From Candidatus Latescibacterota bacterium (GTDB taxonomy: Bacteria > Latescibacterota > UBA2968 > UBA8231), in contig OZ220089.1 of the NCBI GenBank assembly GCA_964291625.2, positions 2,976,001 to 3,040,000 on the forward strand: a stretch of 64,000 nucleotides of DNA. Reading direction: 5' to 3'. This document shows, piece after piece, positions 49,553-58,026 of the stretch. The notes beneath the pieces were generated by a model. The model was given only the letters and a program-made list of their open reading frames with translations, had not been told where the DNA came from and made no database searches. Made by a program: the position numbers and the translations under genes. The stretch's first letter is position 1, and every line of letters begins with the position of its first letter.

Positions 49553-50881
49553 TCATGAGCGCCCGTTGACGACCGGGGCTTCCCCGGGGGATCCGTGGAG
49601 GACGAGCTCCTGGGCCTCGACGGCCTCTTCGGGGCCCAGCACGGCGTCGACGCTCTCCTCCAGGAGGTCGAGACCCGCGGCCAGCACATCCTCCTCGATC
49701 ACCAGCGGCGGCAACAGCTTGACCACCTGCCCCTCGGCCCCCGAGGTCTCGATCACCAGGCCCCGGGCGAAGGCCGCGCTGCTGATCTCGCCGGCCCGGG
49801 GTGCCGCGGCGCAAACCAGGCCCTGGATCAGCCCCCGTCCCCGGACGCTCACGTCCTCGGGATGCCGCTGGCGGATCGCCTCGAGGCGGCGGCGAACGAT
49901 CCGGGCCTTGTGCCGGACCGAATCCGAGAACCGGGTGTCCGCCCAGTGGTGCTCGAGGGCCCGGGTGGCGGCCACGAAAGCGAGGTTGTTGCCGCGGAAG
50001 GTGCCGTTGTGCTCACCCGGGCTCCACTGGTCGAGGGATGGCTTGATGAGGACGATGGCCATGGGCAGGCCGTAGCCCCCGATGGACTTGGACAGGGCCA
50101 CGATATCGGGCACCACTCCCGCCTCTTCGAAGCTGAAGAAGCTTCCCGTGCGTCCGCAGCCGGCCTGGATGTCGTCGAGGATCAGGGCCATGCCGTACTC
50201 CCGGCACAAGCCCTGCAGGGACCTCAGCCATTCCGGGCTGGCCACGTTGACCCCGCCTTCGCCCTGCACCGTCTCGACGATGGCCGCGGCAGGCAGGTCG
50301 ATGCCGCTGCTCCTGTCCTCGAGGACGCGCCGGAAGTACTCGAGGGTATCCGTTTCCTCACCCATGTACCCGTCGTAGGGCATGAAGGTGGTGTGGTTGA
50401 GGGAGACACCGGCCGCCTCGCGGAAGTGAGCATTGGCCGTGGCCGCCACCGCGCCCAAGGTCACTCCGTGGAAGCCGTTGGTGAAGGAGACGACATTGGT
50501 CCGCCCCGTGACCTTGCGCGCCAGCTTCAGCGCAGCCTCGACGGCGTTGGTGCCCGTGGGTCCGGGAAACTGGATCTTGTACTTCAGGCCCCGGGGCTGC
50601 AGGATCAGCTCGTCGAAGGTCCGCAGGAACTCTTCCTTGGCCCTGCTGGCCAGGTCCAGGCCATGGACCAGCCCGTCCTGCTCCATGTACTCGATCAGGG
50701 CCTTCTTCAGCACCGGGTTGTTGTGGCCGTAGTTGAGGGTGCCGGCGCCGCTCAGAAAGTCGATGTACTCCCGCCCCTGATCGTCCCACAGCCGGGCGCC
50801 CTTGGCCTGGGTGAAGATCGCGGGGAAGGAGCGGCTGTAGCCTCGCACCTCGGACTCGAGGCGCTGGAAGGTATGCAGCAT
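49553..50881 (-). CDS. ectB: Diaminobutyrate-2-oxoglutarate transaminase
   Basis: ESEVRGYSRSFP, GAGTLNYGHN, GPTGTNAVEAALKLARK, ETVQGEGG, DDIQAGCGRTG, LSKS, GEHNGTFRGNN. Confidence 0.96.
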   Translation of the reverse strand: MLHTFQRLESEVRGYSRSFPAIFTQAKGARLWDDQGREYIDFLSGAGTLNYGHNNPVLKKALIEYMEQDGLVHGLDLASRAKEEFLRTFDELILQPRGLKYKIQFPGPTGTNAVEAALKLARKVTGRTNVVSFTNGFHGVTLGAVAATANAHFREAAGVSLNHTTFMPYDGYMGEETDTLEYFRRVLEDRSSGIDLPAAAIVETVQGEGGVNVASPEWLRSLQGLCREYGMALILDDIQAGCGRTGSFFSFEEAGVVPDIVALSKSIGGYGLPMAIVLIKPSLDQWSPGEHNGTFRGNNLAFVAATRALEHHWADTRFSDSVRHKARIVRRRLEAIRQRHPEDVSVRGRGLIQGLVCAAAPRAGEISSAAFARGLVIETSGAEGQVVKLLPPLVIEEDVLAAGLDLLEESVDAVLGPEEAVEAQELVLHGSPGEAPVVNGRS

Positions 50882-50941
50882 GGAGTACTCTCCTTCGGTG
50901 CTGGTTGATTGCATGTGGGTGTTCGGGGGCTTCTACGGCAA

Positions 50942-51445
50942 TCAGTTGGCCAGGTGGATGCGGAAGAGGTCCTCCCGCTCGTGCTCCGCCTCGCCGAAGA
51001 CCCGTCGCGGGAAGCAGGGCAGGATCTGGCACCGGGCCTCCTTCTGGCGGGCAAAGGCCCTGAAGAGGGCCTGCGACTGCTCGTTGGAAGGGGAGACCGT
51101 GGCTTCGAGCGATTCGATGCCGGTGCACTCCTTCCGGGTGGTCAGCTCATTCAGCAGGCCGACCGCCAGTCCCCTGCCGCGCATCTTCGGATGGACGGCG
51201 ATCTGCCAGACGAAGACGGTCCGGGGAGACGGCGGCGGGCGATAGGCCAGGACGAAGCCAACGACCTCCCCTTCCCACTCGGCTACCAGGCAGGTGTCGG
51301 CAAAGTGGTGGCAGAGCAGCACGTAGGCATAGGAGCTGTTGGGCTCGAGGGGTCGGCACGCCTTTGCGAGAGTCCAGATCTTCGTCCCATCCTCGATCGC
51401 AGGTCTGCGGATGGCAATTGGGGAGGGTTGGCTCTCGACAGGCAC
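50942..51445 (-). CDS. ectA: Diaminobutyrate acetyltransferase
   Basis: LEPNSSYAY...HFADTC, FVWQIAV, RGRGLA, ATVSPSN..SQALF. GTG 51445 chosen because it has a GGAG RBS and lies downstream of the sigma-54 site. Confidence 0.93.
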   Translation of the reverse strand: MPVESQPSPIAIRRPAIEDGTKIWTLAKACRPLEPNSSYAYVLLCHHFADTCLVAEWEGEVVGFVLAYRPPPSPRTVFVWQIAVHPKMRGRGLAVGLLNELTTRKECTGIESLEATVSPSNEQSQALFRAFARQKEARCQILPCFPRRVFGEAEHEREDLFRIHLAN

Positions 51446-51513
51446 GGGTCGGCTCCGTGTGGTCTCGTCGGCCCTTGAGCACCAGGGGGACCACATGGGA
51501 GGAGACGGGCAAG

Positions 51514-51528
51514 GCAAACAGTGTGCCA
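51514..51528 (-). promoter_or_regulatory. Sigma-54 (-24/-12) promoter of the ectABCD-dctP operon
   Basis: Minus strand reads TGGCAC-ACTGT-TTGC, matching the TGGCAC-N5-TTGC consensus, about 70 nt upstream of ectA and next to a bEBP gene. Confidence 0.85.
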
Positions 51529-51892
51529 GGAACCCGCAGGGGCACCGACAGGCCGCCCCTAAGTCATTGCCGGGCCGTGAGCTACGGGTGATTCCCGGGA
51601 ATGGAACCAGGGCTCCGGCGGGGTTGTCGAGGCGAGTCCCGGAGCGCAGAGTGTACCGAATGGGGACAGAGAGCCTCTATGGGGCGCGGGCCCCGTGTGC
51701 GATATGGCACAGCGGAACGGTGACCGACAGTCGGGTTGGAGGGAGGACTAAGGAGAGACGGGGCGGTAACCTTGCTTGGAGGGCACACCCGGAAGCAGAT
51801 CCCGGAGAGGGGCGAGTGTGCCGATCGGGTACAGTCTGAGGGGGAGCCGCCGGGAAACGCCCCTGCTCGACGGCGGGGCGTCGGGCCGGCGG

Positions 51893-53263
51893 TCAATCGA
51901 TTCCGTACTTGCCGAGTCTGTTGTAGAGCGCCCGCCGGCTGATACCGAGCAGATCGGCTGCGCGCTTGCGGTTGTTGCCCGTCACTTCCAGGGCGCGAAC
52001 GACCATCTCGCGCTCGACCTCGGCCAGGGGGGTTCCCACCCTGAAGGCCACGACGGGATCGGCGGGTCGACCGGCCCGCAAGCGCGTGGGCAGGTGATTG
52101 GCCATGATCACCTCCCCCTCGCACACCAGCACCGCCCGCTGAATCACGTTCTTCAGCTCGCGGATATTGCCCGGCCACTCGTGTCCCTCCAAGAGGGCGA
52201 CGCACTCGGGCGCGATGCCCCGGATGTTCTTCTGAAAGGACTGGTTGTAGCGGTGGACGAACTCGTCGATCAACAGCGGGATATCGCCCTGGCGGGCGCG
52301 CAGGGGAGGCAGGCTGATGCGGAACACGTCCAGACGGTAGAACAGATCCTCGCGGAACGTGCCGTGGCGCACCAGGTCCATCAGCTCCGCATTCGTCGCC
52401 GCGATCAGCCGCACGTCGCTGGCGATCGACCGTCGCCCCCCCAGGCGGTGGAATCTCTTCTGTTCGATCAGCCGGAGGAGACTCACCTGCACCCTCTCGT
52501 CGATGCTGCCGATCTCGTCCAGGAATACCGTGCCTTCGTGGGCCTGCTCGAAGACGCCGACACGGCGGTCGACGGCGCCGGTGAAGGCGCCCTTCTCATG
52601 GCCGAACAACTCGCTGCCCACCAGCTCGGTCGGCAGGGCACCCACATTCATGGGAAGGTAGGGTCCCTCCCGGCGCTCGCTCTGCTGGTGAACGGCCTGG
52701 GCGACCAGGTCCTTGCCTGTCCCGGTTTCGCCCAGGATCAGCACGGGCATGGTCGTGGCGGCCGCCTGCCGGACCTGGCGGAAGACCTCCTGCATGGGCA
52801 GGGAGCGGCCGACCATCTGCGCGTACTGCACCGGGGATGAGTTCGTCTTCAAGAGACGGTTGGTACCGAACTGCGGCTTTTGTGCGATGGCGCTTTCGAG
52901 GAGCAGCCGCAGCTCCTCGTCGCCCACCGGCAGGCGGGCATGTTGGTACGTGCCCGGCTTCAGGGCCGAACGGGCAGCGCGGATGTTGCTCCGTTCCAGC
53001 AGGAACAACACCTGGGTCGGGGTGCTCTGATCGGTGATGACCTCGAGCAACTCGAGGCCGTCGATCTCCCCGCCCTTGAATACGGCGTCGGTGATCAGCA
53101 GGATGTCATACGTCTCGGACTCGAAGCGCTCCAGGACCCGATCGATGGTCGGCTCCTGGTTGACGGAGATCTCGCGGTCTGGGAAGAGCCCTGTGAGCCG
53201 GGCCATCAATCCCCGGTCCTGCGAGACGGTCATGATCTTGATGTGTTCTGAGCCTGATGGCAT
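51893..53263 (-). CDS. Sigma-54-dependent transcriptional activator (NtrC/Fis family, receiver-AAA+-HTH)
   Basis: GETGTGKD, SELFGHEKGAFTGA, FLDEIG, FREDLFYRL, WPGNIREL, Fis-type HTH. Confidence 0.95.
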   Translation of the reverse strand: MPSGSEHIKIMTVSQDRGLMARLTGLFPDREISVNQEPTIDRVLERFESETYDILLITDAVFKGGEIDGLELLEVITDQSTPTQVLFLLERSNIRAARSALKPGTYQHARLPVGDEELRLLLESAIAQKPQFGTNRLLKTNSSPVQYAQMVGRSLPMQEVFRQVRQAAATTMPVLILGETGTGKDLVAQAVHQQSERREGPYLPMNVGALPTELVGSELFGHEKGAFTGAVDRRVGVFEQAHEGTVFLDEIGSIDERVQVSLLRLIEQKRFHRLGGRRSIASDVRLIAATNAELMDLVRHGTFREDLFYRLDVFRISLPPLRARQGDIPLLIDEFVHRYNQSFQKNIRGIAPECVALLEGHEWPGNIRELKNVIQRAVLVCEGEVIMANHLPTRLRAGRPADPVVAFRVGTPLAEVEREMVVRALEVTGNNRKRAADLLGISRRALYNRLGKYGID

Positions 53264-53339
53264 TGCATTCCCCCCTGCCGCCGCTGCCGGGGCAGACGTG
53301 GCAGCCGGCACGGGCAACTGCGGGCCCGTGGTACGCCGC

Positions 53340-54260
53340 TTACAACCGGCCCTGGTAGATGCCGATCACCCGGTCCAGCAGCTCCAGCGCCTCTCCCCGC
53401 TCCCGCTGGAAGGCGTTCCGCCCCAGGATCGACCCGAATCCCCCGCCGTCGCGGATGCCGCGGATCTCCTCCAGCACCTCGGCGGTGCCCTTGGCGGGGC
53501 CGCCGGAGAAGATGGTGACCCGGCGGCCGTCGAAGGCGGACTGGACCACGTGGGCGACGCGCTCGGCCAGGGTCGAGGTGGGGGTGCCCGCCTTCTCGTA
53601 GGCAGCGCGCGCCTCGTCCTGCTCCACGAAGTCGTCGGGCGGCTTCACCTTGATGATGTGGGCGCCGAGCTGGGCGGCGATCTGGGCGGCGTACGCGGAG
53701 ACGTCGAGGGCGGTCTCGCCTTCCTTGCTCAGGTCCGAGCCCCGGGGGTAGGACCAGACGACGACGACGAGGCCGTGGCGCTTGGCCTCCTCCGCCAGGG
53801 CCTGGAGCTTCTCGTACATCTGCACGCGCGCGGCCGAGCCGGGGTAGACGGTGTAGCCGATGGCGGCGCACCCGAGGCGCAGGGCGGCCTCCACCGAGCC
53901 GGTGACGGCCTGCAGGGGGTCGGCGTCGGAGGCCAGGTTCTCGCGGTTGTTGAGCTTGAGGATCAGGGGCAGGTCGCCGGCGTAGTCGCGGGCCCCGGCC
54001 TCGAGGAAGCCGAGGGGGGCGGCGTAGGCGTTGAGGCCGGCCTCCAGGGCCAGCTCGAAGTGGTAGCGGGGGTCGAAGGCGGGGGGGTTGGGCACGAAGG
54101 AGCGCGCCGGACCGTGCTCCACGCCCTGGTCGACGGGCAGGATGACGAGCCGGCCGCTGCCGCCGAGCCTGCCCTGGTTGAGGAGGCGGGCGAGGTTGGT
54201 CAGGGTGCCGGGGTTGTCGCTGCCGTACCAACTCAGGATCTCGCGGACTCGTGGTTCCAT
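53340..54260 (-). CDS. fbaB: Class I fructose-bisphosphate aldolase
   Basis: Y.SDNPG...NL.R.L..G.L.GSG.LVILPVDQG.EHGP, WSYPRG, AHIIKVK, FSGG, GSILGRNAFQR. Confidence 0.93.
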   Translation of the reverse strand: MEPRVREILSWYGSDNPGTLTNLARLLNQGRLGGSGRLVILPVDQGVEHGPARSFVPNPPAFDPRYHFELALEAGLNAYAAPLGFLEAGARDYAGDLPLILKLNNRENLASDADPLQAVTGSVEAALRLGCAAIGYTVYPGSAARVQMYEKLQALAEEAKRHGLVVVVWSYPRGSDLSKEGETALDVSAYAAQIAAQLGAHIIKVKPPDDFVEQDEARAAYEKAGTPTSTLAERVAHVVQSAFDGRRVTIFSGGPAKGTAEVLEEIRGIRDGGGFGSILGRNAFQRERGEALELLDRVIGIYQGRL

Positions 54261-54405
54261 GGTGGCTCTCTCAGGGTGATGGTGGCCGGTCCATAAGCTC
54301 GGAGCCGGCGCTCACGTACGCCACCCGGCCGCGGAGTTAGCAGCCTCAGTACTCGTACGACAGCGAGAGATTCCAGTGCCGCGGCAGGCCGAGGAAGACG
54401 CGGGC
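54172..54405. repeat. Direct repeat C, copy 1 (fbaB 5' end, intergenic region and an orphan copy of the TBDR 3' end)
   Basis: About 235 nt highly similar to 57791..58026. 54346..54405 encodes ARVFLGLPRHWNLSLSYEY* versus the real TBDR end ARVFLGLPRRWNLSLSYEI*. Confidence 0.92.
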
Positions 54406-54433
54406 ATACCCTCCTGCCCCGGGCCCTGAAGGA

Positions 54434-54477
54434 GCGATCGAGGAGAGCTGGCGCACCTTGGCGGGCTGGAGAGATGA
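54434..54477 (+). repeat. Direct repeat B, copy 2 (orphan copy of the DHDPS-family gene 3' end)
   Basis: GCGATCGAGGAGAG-CTGGCGCACCTTGGCGGGCTGGAGAGATGA versus the sequence at 45038. Confidence 0.85.
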
Positions 54478-54609
54478 GGCATATCCTTGAAGAGTACGCC
54501 TACTTCGGGCTGCTGGAAGCTTTCGGCAGGCTTTCGGGCCGCCCGTGGACCCTCCCAATTCCCTCCGGTCCGTGGAGCAGACGGGACCCCCGTCTTCGTA
54601 GCTTGACCA

Positions 54610-56034
54610 ATGGGTGACGAAGGGCTGGCCTACGCTCCGGCCAGTGACCTGCTGGAGCTGATCGCGGCGAAGCAGATCTCGCCCGTGGAACTGGCGGAGA
54701 TGTTCCTCGAGCGCATCGACCGCCTCGACCCGCAGCTCAACTCCTTCCTCCTCGTCACGCGCGACCTCGCCATGGAGCAGGCCCGCGCCGCCGAGGGCGC
54801 CGTCATGCGCGGCGACGACCTCGGCCCCCTGCACGGTCTACCCGTGCCGATCAAGGACACCCAGATGACCGCCGGCGTCCCTTCGACCATGGGATCGGTG
54901 GTGTTTCAGGACCGCGTGCCGGAGCGGAACGCCGCCGTCGTCGAGCGGGTCCTGAAGGCGGGGGCGGTCATGCTCGGCAAGACCAACGTGCCGGAGTTCG
55001 GCATGGTCGGGACCTGCGAGAACTCCCTGGGAGTGCTCGGCCGCAACCCGTGGGACACCGGCATGACGCCCGGGGGATCGAGCGGCGGCGCAGCGGCTGC
55101 CGTGGCGGCCGGCCTCTGCCCCATGGCGACCGGGAGCGACGGCGGCGGATCGTTGCGCATCCCCGCCAACTTCTGCGGCATCTACACCATCAAGCCGACC
55201 CAGGGCCGCGTCTCCTGCTACACCGGACTCGGCGGGCCTCCCTTGCCGAACATCTTCTCCCAGCCGGGTCCGCTGACCCGGACGGTGCGCGACTCCGCGG
55301 TCCTGCTGCAGGCCATGGCGGGATTCGACCGGCGGGACCACGCTTCCATCCGCCGGACCCCGCCCGATTTCGTGGCCGCAACCGGGCGCGCCATCGACGG
55401 GCTGCGCATCGGCTGGACCCCCGACTTCGGCTTTGCCCCCGTCTGGCCCGAGGTCGTGGAAGTCACCTCCAGGGCCGCCAGGGTCTTCGAGGAGTTGGGA
55501 TGCTCGGTGGAGGAAGTGAAGATGGTTCTTCCCGAGCCCTACGACTCGTTCGGGCCGGTCCAGGCCGCCGGCGTCTACAACAACCTGGCTCAGTACCTGG
55601 ACGAGTACGGGGACCGCATGACGGAGTTCGCCCGCTTCTTCATCGAGAAGGGATCGCGGGTCACCACCCAAGACTACATGCGCGCCGAGGGGCGCATCGC
55701 CGAGCTCAAGGCCACCTTCGACGACGCCTTCGAGACCTGCGACCTCATCATGTCGCCCGTCTCGTGCTTCCCCGCCTTCCCGAACGAGACCTTTCCCGGC
55801 AGCATCACCGGGGACTCGTCCTACCCCGTGCAGTACTGGAACGGGGCCTTCACCATGCACGGCAACGCCATCGGCCACCCCGCGGCATCGGTGCCCGCGG
55901 GATTTTCAGCCGACGGGCTGCCTATAGGGTTGCAGATCATCGGGCGGAGGTTCGATGAGGAGACGGTGCTGGCTGCGTCGGCTGCGTTCGAGGAGGCACG
56001 GCCGTGGGTGCAGCACCGGCCGTCGGTGTCGTGA
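54610..56034 (+). CDS. Amidase (amidase-signature family)
   Basis: GPLHGLPVPIKD, GKTNVPEF, GGSSGG, GSDGGGSLRIPA, GLPIGLQ. Confidence 0.93.
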   Translation: MGDEGLAYAPASDLLELIAAKQISPVELAEMFLERIDRLDPQLNSFLLVTRDLAMEQARAAEGAVMRGDDLGPLHGLPVPIKDTQMTAGVPSTMGSVVFQDRVPERNAAVVERVLKAGAVMLGKTNVPEFGMVGTCENSLGVLGRNPWDTGMTPGGSSGGAAAAVAAGLCPMATGSDGGGSLRIPANFCGIYTIKPTQGRVSCYTGLGGPPLPNIFSQPGPLTRTVRDSAVLLQAMAGFDRRDHASIRRTPPDFVAATGRAIDGLRIGWTPDFGFAPVWPEVVEVTSRAARVFEELGCSVEEVKMVLPEPYDSFGPVQAAGVYNNLAQYLDEYGDRMTEFARFFIEKGSRVTTQDYMRAEGRIAELKATFDDAFETCDLIMSPVSCFPAFPNETFPGSITGDSSYPVQYWNGAFTMHGNAIGHPAASVPAGFSADGLPIGLQIIGRRFDEETVLAASAAFEEARPWVQHRPSVS

Positions 56035-56057
56035 TTCGAGGAAAGGAAGTCAGGGTC

Positions 56058-56951
56058 ATGCCTGACCAGTACCCAATCATCAGGGTGAAGCAAGAGTGGG
56101 TCAGTGAAGCGGAGGATATGGGGAGCAAGGACAAGTTCTGGTATCTTCGGGCGACGGACGAACACGGGCATTGGCTCTTCAAGTACCCCCGAGCTGGCAC
56201 AGGGGAACACTGGGCGGAGAAGATCGCCGCGGAGGTTGCGGATCTAATGGCGATTTCACATGCCAAGGTGGAATTGGCGATCTTTGGAGAAGACAGAGGA
56301 TCCGTGACTGAATCGTTTGCCCGGGAGGGTTACGAGTTGGTTCACGGCAATCAGATGTTGGCGAGAGTCGTCCAGGGATATGATCTCAGGAGAACATTCC
56401 ACCAGTCAAGCCATACCCTGGCGAACATCTGGCGGGTGATGGACCGTGTCTTCATAGAGGCTCAAGGAGCTGAGCGGGCGAAGTTGCGGCTTGCAGAGTA
56501 TTTGGTCCTGGACGCGCTGATTGGTAACACAGACCGCCATCACGAGAACTGGGGTACTCTGCGTAGGCGAAAGGACGACCACTGGGAAGGGTTCGTGGCA
56601 CCATCCTTCGACCACGCCTCATCGCTGGGTCGGGAACTGCGGGATACGCAACGTGACAGGACCCTGGCAGAAGATCGCATAGGCGACTATGTTAGGAGAG
56701 GACGCGGCGCGATCTACTGGTCGGAGGAAGAGCGGCACGGCCCGAGTCCACTGGAGTTGGTAGTTCGGGCTGTTCGAGAGTATCCAGACCTCTTCTGTGC
56801 GGCGCTGACGAAAGTCGGAGAACTCGACGCGGATCTTGTAAATGACTTGGTGGATCGGGTGCCCACGGATTGGATGTCTCCTTCGGCCCGGAAGTTCACA
56901 GTTGCGCTGATGTGCTATAATCTCGCACAACTGCAGGAGCTGCTTCAATGA
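56058..56951 (+). CDS. HipA-like Ser/Thr kinase
   Basis: MGSKDKFW, LFKYPR, EKIAAEVA, DALIGNTDRHHENW, APSFDHASSLG. Lower GC. Confidence 0.88.
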   Translation: MPDQYPIIRVKQEWVSEAEDMGSKDKFWYLRATDEHGHWLFKYPRAGTGEHWAEKIAAEVADLMAISHAKVELAIFGEDRGSVTESFAREGYELVHGNQMLARVVQGYDLRRTFHQSSHTLANIWRVMDRVFIEAQGAERAKLRLAEYLVLDALIGNTDRHHENWGTLRRRKDDHWEGFVAPSFDHASSLGRELRDTQRDRTLAEDRIGDYVRRGRGAIYWSEEERHGPSPLELVVRAVREYPDLFCAALTKVGELDADLVNDLVDRVPTDWMSPSARKFTVALMCYNLAQLQELLQ

Positions 56952-57694
56952 GCACGAGGACCCTGTTCCTGGCTTGGCAGGACAGGAAGCCCAGCAAGGC
57001 GTGGTACCCCGTGGGTCAGCTGGATGCTGATGTCGAACAGTCGTGCTATCGCTTTCGTTACATTGGCGGCGCAAAGCGAGCACAAGAGGAGGTGGGATTC
57101 CTTCCCTTGATTGATTTTCCGGATTTGGAGGGAGACTATCAATCAGCGGAATTGTTCGCGCTATTTCAGAACCGGGTCATGAATCCGGCGAGACCGGACT
57201 TTGCCGATTATCTCCAAAGGCTGGATCTGACTGAGGAAGCCGACCCAATTGAGATCCTGTCCACAAATGGTGGCGAGCGCGTCACCGACGCATACGAGGT
57301 CTTCCCGAAGATCGAGAGAGACAGCAGCGGGACTTTCTCTTGCCGGTACTTCCTGCATGGCTGGCGACATATCAGTGACGCGGCTAGAGAGCGGATTGAT
57401 CGCCTGGAGCAGGGAGAAGAGCTGTATGTCACAGTGGAGTTGACCAATCCGGCGACCGGGTTGGCGCTGCAAATGCAGACGACGGACTACTGTATGATCG
57501 GATGGGCGCCGCGGTACCTGGTGGCAGATCTGGTTGCGGCGATGGCCGAGGGGCCTGGCAGTTGTGGGGCGAGGGTGGTGCGGATCAACCGTGAAACTGT
57601 CCTGGCGAAGCAGCGCGTATTGATTGAGATGGGTGGCTGTTGGAATAGGCACGAACCAATGAACAGCGGGGACTTTATTCCCTTGGTAGGCTGA
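56948..57694 (+). CDS. HipS-like N-terminal + HIRAN domain protein
   Basis: LFLAWQ...WYPVGQL...YRFRY...LFALFQNRVM...RPD, then FLHGWRH...L..GEEL...ELTNP...IGWAPRYL. ATGA overlap with the kinase. Confidence 0.78.
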   Translation: MSTRTLFLAWQDRKPSKAWYPVGQLDADVEQSCYRFRYIGGAKRAQEEVGFLPLIDFPDLEGDYQSAELFALFQNRVMNPARPDFADYLQRLDLTEEADPIEILSTNGGERVTDAYEVFPKIERDSSGTFSCRYFLHGWRHISDAARERIDRLEQGEELYVTVELTNPATGLALQMQTTDYCMIGWAPRYLVADLVAAMAEGPGSCGARVVRINRETVLAKQRVLIEMGGCWNRHEPMNSGDFIPLVG

Positions 57695-57734
57695 GGCAGG
57701 CGTCTGGGGACGAAACGGGCGGCTGCTTCCGTCC

Positions 57735-57879
57735 CTACACCCTTCCCTGATAACCCCTAATCACCTGGTCCAGCAACTCCAGCGAGTCTCCCCTGGTTGA
57801 GGAGGCGGGCGAGGTTGGTCAGGGTGCCGGGGTTGTCGCTTCCGTACCAGCTCAGGATCTCGCGGACTCGTGGTTCCAT
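57735..57879 (-). pseudogene. fbaB: Internally deleted fbaB duplicate
   Basis: MEPRVREILSWYGSDNPGTLTNLARLLNQG (identical to the fbaB N-terminus) joined out of frame to GDSLELLDQVIRGYQGRV* (compare fbaB GEALELLDRVIGIYQGRL*). Confidence 0.88.
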
Positions 57880-58026
57880 GGTCGTGGCTCTCTCAGGTTG
57901 ATGGTGGCCGGTTCATAAGCTCGGAGCCGGCGCCCTCGTACGCCACCCGGCCGCGGACCTGCAGGCTCAGATCTCGTACGACAGCGAGAGATTCCAGCGC
58001 CGCGGCAGCCCGAGGAAGACGCGGGC
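57791..58026. repeat. Direct repeat C, copy 2
   Basis: Counterpart of 54172..54405. Confidence 0.92.

Noticed and set aside
51705-51719. Second sigma-54 site on the plus strand (TGGCAC-AGCGG-AACG)
   Set aside because: The -12 TTGC element is absent and no credible plus-strand gene follows.
54346-54834. 162-aa ORF ending in a TBDR-like C-terminus
   Set aside because: It is mostly antisense to the amidase. Only the last 19 or so codons derive from the duplicated TBDR end.
54610-56034. gatA
   Set aside because: No gatB/gatC are adjacent and only general amidase-signature motifs are seen.
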